Shown piece after piece: positions 18,484-28,098 of a stretch of DNA of 64,000 bases. Where the stretch lies: positions 32,001 through 96,000 of the forward strand of contig CAWGIE010000008.1 in assembly GCA_963822585.1 (NCBI GenBank), in the 5' to 3' direction. Positions within the stretch are counted from its first letter, which is position 1; every line of letters starts with the position of its first letter. Below the pieces are notes generated by a model. That model saw only the letters and a program-made list of their open reading frames with translations, did no database searches and was not told where the DNA came from. Source of the stretch: an uncultured bacterium. Lineage in GTDB: Bacteria > Auribacterota > Erginobacteria > Erginobacterales > Erginobacteraceae. The translations under genes and the position numbers were made by a program.

Positions 18484-20475
18484 TCACTCCCCCCTCAGCG
18501 CAATGGCCAGGTTACGCCGGGCCGGCTGGAACCCGGGCCGGAGACGAACCGCTTCCCGGAAAGCCTGCGCCGCCTTCTCCGCTTCACCCAGCCGCAGCAG
18601 ACAGAGCCCCCGGTTATAGTGTCCCTCGAAGAAATCGGGATCGATCTCGACCGAACGGGCGAACTCACCGGCGGCCTCCCGTATCCGCCCCCGGGCCATG
18701 AGGGCGTTACCCAGATTGTTATGGGGATCGACCTGGCGATCGTCGAGTCCGATCGACCGCCGGAACGTCTCCATCGCCTGCTCTGTCCGGCCGGTCCGCA
18801 GGAACGCGATCCCCAGGTTGTTCAGGGCCGCCGTCTGGCCGGGATCGAGCTCCAGGGCGAGCTGAAGTTCCGCGATCGCTTCGTTATATCGTTTCAGCTG
18901 GTTCAGCGTCTTTCCCAGGTTGTAATGCGTTTTAAATTCATCCGGATAAGCCGCCGTCAGGGACCGGAATCCTTCGGCTGCTTCCTCCAGCCGGCCTTCC
19001 TCGTAAAGCAGGCGGGCCAGCCGGAAACGGAACGTGTAACTCTCCGGGCTCTTCTCGACCAGGTCCCGGAGTTTTTCCTCCGCGGCCGCCGTCTGGCCGC
19101 GGTGTATCTGTTCCACCGCGGCGATGAATTCTCGGCGCAAACCGATGACGTCCTTGGGATCCCGGAGCATGCCCTGCTCTCGCCTCCCGCCGCCTTCCCC
19201 TCCCAGATAACCGAGGCTCGCCAAAAGTCCCCGTTCCCGGTCTTCCAGGCTTGCGGGGAGTGATTTCCGCCGGGCCATCTCTCCGCTGATCTTCTCCAGC
19301 TTTTTCTTGAGCTGCCGGGCGGTATCGGAGTTTGTTGCCGCCAGGTTGACCTTTTCCCCGGGATCGGCCCGGAGGTTGTACAATTCCTCACGGGGTGCCG
19401 CGATATATTTCCAGTCGACGGAGATCAGGGCGGCCAGCGGGCTCCAGCCGTATTCGGTAAACGGAAACTCTGTCTCCAGGTAGACATCCTCATCGGAAGG
19501 ACAATCCCCGGCCAGGCCGGGGGCAAAGCTCCGGCCGCTGATCCCTCCCGGAGGCCCCCAGCCGAAGACGTCCAGGATGGTCGGAAAAAGATCGACGCTG
19601 GCGAGAAGCGCTTCGTTCGTTCTACCGGAGCCCGTACCGGGCCCGGAGACGATGAGGGGGACCCGCAGGACCGAATTATAAAGAAGGAGCCCGTGTTCTT
19701 CCTCCCCGTGATCTCCCAACCCTTCTCCATGATCGCCGAGGGCGATAATGACCGTTTTCTCACGGAGCCCCCGCTTGCGTAAAAAGTCGGTCAGCCGTCC
19801 GATCTGCGAGTCCATGAACGCGATCTCCCGGTCATAGGCGCCGCTCAATCCCTCCCCGGGCGCGGGGGAGAAGTAGTAGGGCCGATGGGGATCGAAGAAG
19901 TGAACCCAGCAGAAAAAAGGTTCTCCGGCATGTTTCTCGAGCCAGGCCAGGGCCGCGTCGGCGACCCGGTCCGCCCGGCGGTAGCGGTACATGGCATTCT
20001 CGTCGTAGATGTCATCGGCGTTCGGGACCTGGTAATCGTCATAGTCGTCGAATCCGCGGTCGAGACCGAATTTGCGGTCAAGTACGAAAGCCGCCACGAA
20101 GGCGCCGGTCCGGTAGCCGTGGGACGAAAAGACTTCGGCCAGGGTCGGTATATCGGCGGTGAGACGGCATCCCCCGTTGACGCGGCAGCCGTGTTCGGGC
20201 GGATAGAGTCCGGTCATGATCGTGGTGTGAGAGGGGAGGGTAAGGGGTACGTTGCTGAAGAACCGGCGGAAGGTGACACCCCTGCCGGCAAGGTCATCGA
20301 TGGCCGGTGTCCGTGCGCCGGAGTATCCGTAGCAGCCCAGGTGATCGGCCCGGGTGGTGTCCATGGTGATGAGGAGAAGGTTAGGGAGCCCACTCTCATC
20401 TTTTTCGGGGTAGAGGAGCAGAAATACGCCGACTGCCGCTCCGATCCCGATCAATAATATGATCCATCTTTTCAT
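18484..20475 (-). CDS. Sulfatase-like hydrolase/transferase with C-terminal TPR repeats
   Basis: NLLLITMDTTRADH, PLTLPSH, HFFDPH, GDHGE, TPRs; start moved to MKRW. Confidence 0.9.
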   Translation of the reverse strand: MKRWIILLIGIGAAVGVFLLLYPEKDESGLPNLLLITMDTTRADHLGCYGYSGARTPAIDDLAGRGVTFRRFFSNVPLTLPSHTTIMTGLYPPEHGCRVNGGCRLTADIPTLAEVFSSHGYRTGAFVAAFVLDRKFGLDRGFDDYDDYQVPNADDIYDENAMYRYRRADRVADAALAWLEKHAGEPFFCWVHFFDPHRPYYFSPAPGEGLSGAYDREIAFMDSQIGRLTDFLRKRGLREKTVIIALGDHGEGLGDHGEEEHGLLLYNSVLRVPLIVSGPGTGSGRTNEALLASVDLFPTILDVFGWGPPGGISGRSFAPGLAGDCPSDEDVYLETEFPFTEYGWSPLAALISVDWKYIAAPREELYNLRADPGEKVNLAATNSDTARQLKKKLEKISGEMARRKSLPASLEDRERGLLASLGYLGGEGGGRREQGMLRDPKDVIGLRREFIAAVEQIHRGQTAAAEEKLRDLVEKSPESYTFRFRLARLLYEEGRLEEAAEGFRSLTAAYPDEFKTHYNLGKTLNQLKRYNEAIAELQLALELDPGQTAALNNLGIAFLRTGRTEQAMETFRRSIGLDDRQVDPHNNLGNALMARGRIREAAGEFARSVEIDPDFFEGHYNRGLCLLRLGEAEKAAQAFREAVRLRPGFQPARRNLAIALRGE

Positions 20476-20487
20476 AATGAATAGTTT

Positions 20488-20750
20488 ACCACGAAGGTCG
20501 AGAAGTAGATGAAGTAAGAATGTTCGGTTATTGGTTATTCTATGATGAATATACGTCGGAAATGAGAACAATATTTATAATGACCAAATCCGAATGACGA
20601 ATAAAGAACGAAATCCTCATAACGAGTACGAATGCAGGAGCGGCAAGGTGGAGCGAGATTATTTTGACATTCAGTCAGGAGAAATTCATTCTGATTTGGG
20701 ATTTCGTCATTAACTGAGCTTTTTCCCGTGTTCCTCGTGACCTTCGTGGT
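20488..20750. repeat. ACCACGAAG-family element with nested AATGACGAA-family element (20579-20711)
   Basis: Two sets of complementary arms, one inside the other; AATGACGAA family also at 38559-38640 and 43248-43388. Confidence 0.7.
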
Positions 20751-20766
20751 AACATGTTCGCCGGCA

Positions 20767-22626
20767 ATGATGAAGGGGATAAGAAAAAATATTTTTATTT
20801 CCGACCTCCCGGCCATGGCAGTATTGATTGTTGTCGGATTTGTTGTCTATTCCGGGACATTCGGGAATTCCTTTGTCTGGGACGACGAAATCCTGGTGGT
20901 GGGGAATTCTGCCGTCAAGTCTCCCGCCGCCATCCCCTGGCTCTTCACTACCGGTCTCTTCCCCGGGATGGAAGGGAATTTCTATCGTCCGCTGCAGGCT
21001 CTTTCCTACGCGGCCGACTACCGGTGCTGGGAGCTGAATCCCTTCGGTTATCATCTCAGCAATCTGCTGCTGCATATTGTTAATTCCATCCTGGTACTTC
21101 GCGTTCTGGCGCTGGCCGGCGTCCGCCGGCGGTTATCTTTTCTGGCCGCGCTCATTTTCCTGGTCCACCCGATCCAGACAGAGGCGGTCGCCTATATATC
21201 CGGCCGTGCCGACCTGCTGGCAGCGTTCTTCGTCCTGCTTTCCCTTTTCTTTTTCCTGGCGGAAAAAGAAAAATCGGGCTCGCCTGCAGCCGCCGGGGCA
21301 ACCCGGCGCGGATTTTTGTTTCTCTCGGCGGGCTGCTATTTGCTCGCTCTTTTCTCCAAGGAAGCTTCCCTGGTCCTGCCGCTCCTTGTTTTCCTGGTCG
21401 CCGCGGCCGGATCGCGGGGGAGGGGAGAGGCCCTCGGGAAGGCGGCCGCTCCCTCTTTCAGCGGGTATTACGCCGCGCTGTGTACGATCGCTCTGCTGTA
21501 TCTAACCGTCCGGTATGCGGTCCTCAGAAATGGCGCGCTTCCTCTAACATCGAATCCCTATCCTTTTTACCAGAGATTTCTGACCGGCTGGAAGGTTTTG
21601 TTCCTCTATATCAAGGTATTTCTCCTGCCGGTGGGTCTGCGGATGGAGCGGGTGATCTCACCGTCTCTGTCTCTCTTTTCTCCCTTGATAGTGCTGCCGG
21701 CGATTTTGCTCAGTGGCGCCGTGATCGTCGTTTTCCGTTCCCGTCGACGGTACCCGTTGGTATTTTTCGGAACAGCCTGGTTCGGTATCTGCCTTCTCCC
21801 TTACATGAACTGGTTTCCCCTCAACGCCGAGATGGCCGAACACTGGCTCTATCTTCCCTCGGCCGGTTTTTGCCTGCTCTTGGCCGTGGCCGCCCAACCT
21901 TTTCCGGATGGTCGCCGCGCCCGATCCGGCCGCGGTCTTGCAGCCTCCGTATTCATGCTGGCGGCCCTCATTTTCTTCTCCACCCTCACCATCCGGCGGA
22001 ATCTGGACTGGAAGGACAATCCGACGATTTACCGGGCCACCGCGCGGAACTCGCCCCGGAGCCCCCGGGCCCGATATAATCTCGGAAATGTCTATCTGGC
22101 CGAAGGCCGACCGGCCGCGGCGGAAAGAGAATACCGGGAGTCCCTCCGGCTCAAGCCGTGGGACCTGCAATGCCGGCGGAACCTGGGCGCCGCTTTCCTC
22201 CGTCTTCAACGGATACCGGAAGCGGTCAGGGAATATGAGGCGGCGGTATCTCTCGATCCCGGCAATCCGGTTTCCCTCTCCCTGCTGGGGGCGGCTTACG
22301 GCCTGGCCGGACGCCTGGAGGAGGCCCTGCGGGTTCTGGAGCGGTCGATAGACCTCAATCCGCGTTATCCGCAAGCCTATAACAACCTGGGCTCGGTTCT
22401 GGTCCGCCTGGGCCGGTTCGATGAAGCCGGCAAAGCCTACGGGAAGGCGCTGGAGATGCAACCGGGGATGGTGGATGCCGCCTTCAACCTCGGCGTTGTC
22501 TGTTACCGGCAGGGACGTTTCCCTGAGGCCGATCTCCTGATGCGAGAAGTATTACGGCTTTCCCCGGGGCATCCCGGCGCCCTCTTCTGGCACGAGAAGA
22601 TCGGGAGCGAAGAAGAAGCGCGATAA
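20767..22626 (+). CDS. TMTC-like GT-C glycosyltransferase with TPR repeats
   Basis: FVWDD, FYRPL, HPIQTEAVAYISGRADLL, SKE, AEHWLYLPS, C-terminal TPRs. Confidence 0.88.
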   Translation: MMKGIRKNIFISDLPAMAVLIVVGFVVYSGTFGNSFVWDDEILVVGNSAVKSPAAIPWLFTTGLFPGMEGNFYRPLQALSYAADYRCWELNPFGYHLSNLLLHIVNSILVLRVLALAGVRRRLSFLAALIFLVHPIQTEAVAYISGRADLLAAFFVLLSLFFFLAEKEKSGSPAAAGATRRGFLFLSAGCYLLALFSKEASLVLPLLVFLVAAAGSRGRGEALGKAAAPSFSGYYAALCTIALLYLTVRYAVLRNGALPLTSNPYPFYQRFLTGWKVLFLYIKVFLLPVGLRMERVISPSLSLFSPLIVLPAILLSGAVIVVFRSRRRYPLVFFGTAWFGICLLPYMNWFPLNAEMAEHWLYLPSAGFCLLLAVAAQPFPDGRRARSGRGLAASVFMLAALIFFSTLTIRRNLDWKDNPTIYRATARNSPRSPRARYNLGNVYLAEGRPAAAEREYRESLRLKPWDLQCRRNLGAAFLRLQRIPEAVREYEAAVSLDPGNPVSLSLLGAAYGLAGRLEEALRVLERSIDLNPRYPQAYNNLGSVLVRLGRFDEAGKAYGKALEMQPGMVDAAFNLGVVCYRQGRFPEADLLMREVLRLSPGHPGALFWHEKIGSEEEAR

Positions 22627-22736
22627 AACGAAAAAAACGTTGATCCAGGGGAAAAGGCGGGTGTACTATCTCTTCAGGAACCCCCTTTGCACATTAAAAC
22701 GGCGGCAGAAGTCTTCCCGCGCCATGGAGGTAGGAA

Positions 22737-24701
22737 ATGAGAACCTCGGCCGTACTCGCAGCAGTTGCCATCTTATGCTTCACCATCCCCTTTACCGCGT
22801 CCCCCCAGACCGGTTACACCATCCTGCACAGTTTTGCCGGATGGACTGATAACGACGGATCTGAACCGCAGGGGACCCTCGTCTCCGACGGGAGCATGAT
22901 TTACGGAACAACCGCTTACGGCGGTGCGGCGGATTACGGAACGATCTTCTCCATCGCTCCGGACGGCTCCGAGTATACCATACTCTATCACTTCGGCCTT
23001 CAGACCGACTCAGCTGCTTCCCCCACGGGAAGCCTGGTCTCCGACGGGAGCGTTCTCTACGGCACGACGTCGTATTATGGTCCCAATTACTACGGAACGG
23101 TCTTTGCCATCAATATCGACGGGACCGGGTATACCGATCTGCACGGCTTCAGCGCCTACCCGGGCGACGGGGAAACCCCCTACGGGGGTCTGGCCGGCGA
23201 TGGCATGATGCTCTACGGGACGACTTTCCGAGGGGGGGCGATCGGGGGAGGCACCGTTTTCTCACTGGAACCCAATGTTTCATCCGCCTCCGTTCTTCAC
23301 AGTTTCCCCGCTTTTATCGGTGACGGGGCGCTTCCGTACGCTACCGTGACACTCGATTCCGGGATGCTTTACGGCACAACCGTCCTCAATTTGGCGCCGT
23401 CGATCTCCGGGGCTGTCTTCTCTCTGGAAACTGACGGGAGTGCGTACACCATCCTTCATACCTTTGGCCTGCAGACCGGCGACGGTGGTTTCCCGATAGG
23501 AGGCATTCTCTCTGATGATACCCGCCTCTACGGGACGACCGCCCTGGGCGGAAGCGGTTACTTCGGGACCATCTTCTCTCTCGACCCCGCCGGCGCGGAC
23601 TACACCATCATCCACGATTTCTCCCTCTTAACCGGAGACGGGCTGGCCCCGGCGGCGACGCTGATCTCCGACGGCACCCGCCTCTATGGGACGACGCTCT
23701 ACGGGGGCGAAGACTATTCCGGGGGGACCCTCTTCGCTCTCAATAAGGATGGGACCGGCTACACCATTCTCCACAGCTTCGGCCTTCAGACCGGTGACGG
23801 TTATAATCTTTTCATCAACGGCCTTTTGCTCTCAAACAATACTCTTTACGGTATGACCATGTTCGGAGGAGAATACGATTCCGGGGTGATCTTCTCCTAT
23901 ACCTTGCCCTCGCCGACGCCGACCCCGGCGCCGACCCCGGAATACATGGTCCTTTCTTCCGGGGACTACAACGGCAGCGGGGAATCAAACCTGGCCGTCT
24001 TCCGCCCTTCATCCGGACTTTGGGCGGTCCGGAAGCTGGGCCGGGTCTATTTCGGCGCCCCCGGAGATGTCCCGGTCTCCGGAGATTATGACGGCGACGG
24101 GTTCACCGATGTCGGTCTCTTCCGGCCGTCGACCGGTCTCTGGGCGATCAAGGAAGTGACCCGGGTTTATTTCGGGAACTCATCCGATATGCCCGTGCCG
24201 GGCGATTATGACGGGAACGGGAGCTGTGATATCGCTGTTTTTGACAAGACGACCGGTCTCTGGTCCGTGCGGGGCATGGCTTCCGCCTATTTTGGAACCG
24301 CCGGAGACTTCCCGGTCCCCGTTGATTATGACGGTGACGGCCGGGATGATATCGGGATCTTCCGGCCGTCGACCGGTCTCTGGGCTATCCGGGCGGTGAC
24401 CCGGGTATATTTCGGCCGCGCCGGCGATACGCCGGTTCCGGCCGACTACATCTGGTACGGGGGACAGATACAGTGGGCGGTGGATATGGCCGTCTTCCGG
24501 CCGTCAACCGGTCTCTGGGCGGTCCGCGAGGGCGATCGCGTTTATTTCGGCCGCGCCGGCGATATCCCCTTTGCCGGGCATTTTACCGGAGGCGCCCAGG
24601 AGGCGGGAGGGATCTTCCGTCCCGAGGTCGGGTTGTGGGCGGTCCGGGGAGTGACCCGGGCGTACTTCGGCGTTGCCGGAGATATACCGGTTACCCGGTG
24701 A
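22737..24701 (+). CDS. Secreted beta-propeller (GloVer-type tandem repeats) with six FG-GAP/VCBS-like repeats
   Basis: Repeats YTILHSF..DG..P.G.L..DG..LYGTT..GG...GTIF; PT linker; shared C-terminal module. Confidence 0.88.
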   Translation: MRTSAVLAAVAILCFTIPFTASPQTGYTILHSFAGWTDNDGSEPQGTLVSDGSMIYGTTAYGGAADYGTIFSIAPDGSEYTILYHFGLQTDSAASPTGSLVSDGSVLYGTTSYYGPNYYGTVFAINIDGTGYTDLHGFSAYPGDGETPYGGLAGDGMMLYGTTFRGGAIGGGTVFSLEPNVSSASVLHSFPAFIGDGALPYATVTLDSGMLYGTTVLNLAPSISGAVFSLETDGSAYTILHTFGLQTGDGGFPIGGILSDDTRLYGTTALGGSGYFGTIFSLDPAGADYTIIHDFSLLTGDGLAPAATLISDGTRLYGTTLYGGEDYSGGTLFALNKDGTGYTILHSFGLQTGDGYNLFINGLLLSNNTLYGMTMFGGEYDSGVIFSYTLPSPTPTPAPTPEYMVLSSGDYNGSGESNLAVFRPSSGLWAVRKLGRVYFGAPGDVPVSGDYDGDGFTDVGLFRPSTGLWAIKEVTRVYFGNSSDMPVPGDYDGNGSCDIAVFDKTTGLWSVRGMASAYFGTAGDFPVPVDYDGDGRDDIGIFRPSTGLWAIRAVTRVYFGRAGDTPVPADYIWYGGQIQWAVDMAVFRPSTGLWAVREGDRVYFGRAGDIPFAGHFTGGAQEAGGIFRPEVGLWAVRGVTRAYFGVAGDIPVTR

Positions 24702-24751
24702 GTCCCGGGATTAGTTGCACCGTACTCGAAAAGGTATTTATTAAGATTGCC

Positions 24752-25000
24752 ATGCGTCCGCAGGATATCGAAAAAATAGCCCAGGGTGTGGCGGGAGCGT
24801 TCTCTTCCGCCGGTGCCGCCCCCCGGGCCGGATGTGGGGCTTTCAGCAATCCGGTTGAATACGATTGCCAGCAATCCTTCGGCTGCTCCTCCAATTACGA
24901 GTGCGGCGATATGGGGAACTTCTCCTGTCTGACGGAGTTCACCTGCCCGGAAGCTTTCTTCTGCGCGACGTACTACAGCGGGACCCCCATAGGCAAGTAA
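24752..25000 (+). CDS. 82-aa Cys-rich peptide, candidate RiPP precursor
   Basis: MRPQDIEKIAQGVAGAFSSAGAAPRAG leader, then seven Cys with repeated (F/Y)-x-C; distal part of ORF 24473-25000. Confidence 0.65.
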   Translation: MRPQDIEKIAQGVAGAFSSAGAAPRAGCGAFSNPVEYDCQQSFGCSSNYECGDMGNFSCLTEFTCPEAFFCATYYSGTPIGK

Positions 25001-25065
25001 TCAGTGATCGGTAATCAGTAATCGGTGGACGGCGATACTGATTACCGATCACTGTTTACTGCGCA

Positions 25066-25145
25066 TTGAACGTTGAGCGTTGAGCGTTGAATGTTGGACG
25101 TTGATCCCCTTATCGTTCGAAGTTCGAAGTCCGATGGATGACGTT
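25066..25145. repeat. (AACGTTG)n heptamer repeat
   Basis: Related array at 57063-57100. Confidence 0.65.
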
Positions 25146-25708
25146 TATTTATTCAGGGTTCCTCTCGCCACCGCCAGGTAGAGCAGTATCCCCCAGATGC
25201 CGCCGAGGGCGTTGAAGAGGATGTCGCGGAGGTCGAAAAACCGGTCAGGCAGGAACCACTGGAAAAATTCATCTCCCGCCCCGATCAGGGAGGCCAAGAC
25301 CAATGGCTTCCAGAGCCATCGCCATTTGCCGGAATCGTGCCCTTTCAGGCTGGGACAGGCCAGGAGGCCCAGCAGTCCGAACTGGACCAGGTGGATCCTT
25401 TCTTCGGGAAGGTGGAGGGTGAAGGAATAAACAAGCCCGGCCAAAAAGATCAGGACGGTAAAAATGATATTCCGCAACGGAAGTTTCCAGAGCCGGGAGG
25501 AGATAAAGATCAAGAAACCTCCGGCTAGAAAGATGACGAGAACGAAGATCGTCATCCCTTCGGGCCCCAGGGTTGTTCTCAGGAATTTCTGCAGGGGTCG
25601 GGCAACCGGCGCGTAGGCTGGAATCAGGACCGCCAGCGCCGCCGTCAGGGGCTTATGACTGCGCAGGAGAAAGACCGGCCGGTCAGTCTTTGTTCTTTCA
25701 TCGGGCAT
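25145..25708 (-). CDS. VanZ family protein
   Basis: ERIHLVQFGLLG, DEFFQWFLPDRFFDLRDILFN. Confidence 0.85.
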   Translation of the reverse strand: MPDERTKTDRPVFLLRSHKPLTAALAVLIPAYAPVARPLQKFLRTTLGPEGMTIFVLVIFLAGGFLIFISSRLWKLPLRNIIFTVLIFLAGLVYSFTLHLPEERIHLVQFGLLGLLACPSLKGHDSGKWRWLWKPLVLASLIGAGDEFFQWFLPDRFFDLRDILFNALGGIWGILLYLAVARGTLNK

Positions 25709-25891
25709 GGGGGAAGAATATCACCTCGAGATCGGAAGCGTAAATAAGTTATATACTCGGACCGGCTCCGAGACACCCAACCCGGATTATCCATGACAAT
25801 TGGAAATTTTTTCATGAACAATCCGATTTATTATCTGTTGATTCAATGGTATACATGGTTCAAATAATTAATTTTTACGGAGTAAAAATTA

Positions 25892-26551
25892 ATGACGAAA
25901 ACAATTGGCGAGATTGAAGAAAAGATGGAAAACCTGGACCCGGAGAGCCTCCGCTTCCAGGTACTGAACTCGGTCAAAAAGTTTAAGGGGAACTGGCTGG
26001 AACTGGGTCGTTTTGTGAGCGTGGTCGAGAAAAAGCAGGCGTTTCGCGACTGGGGGTTCCCGACCTTCGAGAGCTATTGCACCCGGGAACTGAAGCTGCG
26101 GCAGCAGACGGTGATGAAGCTCCTGCGGTCCTTTCTTTTTCTGAAGAAAGAAGAGCCGGCCTTTCTTTCCGCCGCCCTGGCGGATGATACTTCCGCCGGT
26201 TTGCCCGACTATGAGAGCGTGAATATACTCCGCCAGGCCCGGGCCCGGAAATCAATCACCGGGGATGACTACGATCGGCTCCGCGCCGCCGTTTTCAAAG
26301 AGGAGACGCCGCCTCGGGAAGTTGGTCGGCAGTACCGTAGCCTTCTCCAGGACGCCCGAGACGCGGCGCTCGATCCCGAGGAAGCCTGGACGAAGAAGCG
26401 GCGGGAATCCTTGAAACGGGTGCTCGGTTCTCTGCGGACGGTGAAAAACACCGTCGAGCTTTCCCAGCTCCTCCCCGCGGCCGGTATTGAAACGCTGAAA
26501 AAACTGATCGAGCAGGTGGAGCAGGAGATAGGGAGCCTCTCCGAGGAATGA
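25892..26551 (+). CDS. Hypothetical protein, helical, possibly DNA-binding
   Basis: 219-aa ORF, WGFPTFESYCTREL motif, GGAG RBS. Confidence 0.75.
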   Translation: MTKTIGEIEEKMENLDPESLRFQVLNSVKKFKGNWLELGRFVSVVEKKQAFRDWGFPTFESYCTRELKLRQQTVMKLLRSFLFLKKEEPAFLSAALADDTSAGLPDYESVNILRQARARKSITGDDYDRLRAAVFKEETPPREVGRQYRSLLQDARDAALDPEEAWTKKRRESLKRVLGSLRTVKNTVELSQLLPAAGIETLKKLIEQVEQEIGSLSEE

Positions 26552-26553
26552 TC

Positions 26554-26840
26554 TTAACCCGATTTATTCATAAACCGGGTTAGTTTTGAACCATGACAAG
26601 GATTAAATGAACAGACACACGAAAAGATATTAATTTTACCATATTTTACGGCAATTACAGCCAAAGATCTATTTCTACGGGCAACGTTAACGGAAAGAAT
26701 AACACGTTGTCCTTTCGGAAAAGAAAAAGCTGAGTGCTATCGCCGTGTAAACAAGATCGCTGTTTATAATACATTGAACGACAAGTAGTAACCTGGATGA
26801 ATCATGAAAATTTTCACTTTTCATGATTAATCCAGGTTAA
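26554..26840. mobile_element. ~290-bp terminal-hairpin element, copy 3
   Basis: Closely similar to 1533-1823 throughout. Confidence 0.8.
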
Positions 26841-26892
26841 GAGCTCTCCCCGCCGTTTAATTTACAGCGATTTCAAAAACAGGTGAGAGGAA

Positions 26893-27723
26893 GTGATGAC
26901 ATGGCCTAAAGCCGCCTTCTCTTCTCTCGTGCTCACGTTAATCTGTTTTCCGATCGGCTGGGCGACCGCGGCCGGGGCGCTCTCCGGCCGGCGCGTATTC
27001 TACGATGATTTTTCCGGTGCGCCGGAAATGAGATGGAATTTTTTTTCCGGTCACGTTCCCCGGATCAATGTCTGCCGGGGCAACCCGCCGCCTTCCCTGC
27101 AGAACAGCGTCTTCGGGAAGAAGAACGGTTTGCTGAGTAAGCGGCTGTTCCCTCTTGCTCCGGGGATGGTGATCCGCTGCGATATCTTTATCTCCGGTCA
27201 GGTCGGCGCCGTATGCTTCGGGGGTTCGTTCGGGTTCCCCCGGGATCCGGACGCTTTTTCCCGCGGTGTCTGGCCGGAGTGGCTGGTCGGGATGAGTTAT
27301 GACTACCTGGGCAACCTCGGATGGACGGGAGGGATCGTCCCGGAAGGAGGTACCCTGACCTGCTGCCTGGTGGATGAAGACGGCCGCCTGGAGATCAGCC
27401 GCCGCCCCTATCTCGACGACTATCTTGGTGGCTGGCACAGGTACGAGATATTGATTAAAGATAACGGTTTTGTCGAATTTCGTCTTGACGGGAAGCTTCT
27501 CTACTATTCCCGCAAGCGCATCGCTTACGGCAAAACCCACCTGCCTCTTCTGCTTGGCCAGCATTCCGGCAGGAGGGACAAAGTTTATCTCGACAACGTG
27601 GAAGTTTTGACATACTTAGGAGCCTGTCCGAGTAATGGCTCTCGACGCGTTTCGCGCGCCGAGCAGCCGGATGCAAGGCGCGGCGACGCAGGCGATGCTG
27701 AACGCATCGTCGAGGAGCCGTAA
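26893..27723 (+). CDS. Secreted concanavalin A/LamG-like protein; C-terminus extended by an inserted MITE
   Basis: Signal peptide, FYDDFS, WHRYEI..FRLDGK..YLDNVEV. Confidence 0.7.
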   Translation: MMTWPKAAFSSLVLTLICFPIGWATAAGALSGRRVFYDDFSGAPEMRWNFFSGHVPRINVCRGNPPPSLQNSVFGKKNGLLSKRLFPLAPGMVIRCDIFISGQVGAVCFGGSFGFPRDPDAFSRGVWPEWLVGMSYDYLGNLGWTGGIVPEGGTLTCCLVDEDGRLEISRRPYLDDYLGGWHRYEILIKDNGFVEFRLDGKLLYYSRKRIAYGKTHLPLLLGQHSGRRDKVYLDNVEVLTYLGACPSNGSRRVSRAEQPDARRGDAGDAERIVEEP

Positions 27724-27894
27724 CGCCGCAGACGGCTGCCCGCCGCCGAAACCCTTTGGGCAGCCGCCTCTTGCGGCGCGACTCTGCGTTGCTGCGGCCT
27801 CGTAGTACCGCATAGAGTACGACTTCGGCCTTGCGCCTTGATTCGCTGGCAAGTGGCAGGCTGCGCGTCAGAGATCATTACTCGGGCAGGCTCC
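27619..27894. mobile_element. 276-bp MITE with ~31-bp imperfect terminal inverted repeats
   Basis: GGAGCCTGTCCGAGTAATG...CATTACTCGGGCAGGCTCC; no transposase inside. Confidence 0.85.
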
Positions 27895-27990
27895 AAGATA
27901 TGAATGAGCTTGAAAGATGAGATAAGACCGATTATTATTATTATTTTCACCGTGTGAAAGTTGCTGACCGGATTGTTCCTGGATTTCAAT

Positions 27991-28061
27991 AAACCGCTGA
28001 TTCAGCGGGTTAGACAGATTATTTTTTCTTTAATCAGCTTAATCCGCTCAATCCGCGGTTA
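27991..28061. repeat. Inverted-arm repeat AACCGCTGATT..CAGATT / AATCAGC..AATCCGCGGTT
   Basis: Complementary 9-bp periodic arms. Confidence 0.55.
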
Positions 28062-28098
28062 AATAAGGTGCGAAGCTAAGTTCAATAAGGGGGAGATA

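Noticed and set aside
15136..24701. Diversity-generating retroelement TR/VR pairs among the repeated modules
   Set aside because: Similarity is at protein-repeat level, I saw no adenine-specific pattern, and there is no reverse transcriptase
24473..24751. N-terminal part of the 175-aa ORF
   Set aside because: Overlaps the upstream gene out of frame; only the portion from ATG 24752 looks like a real gene
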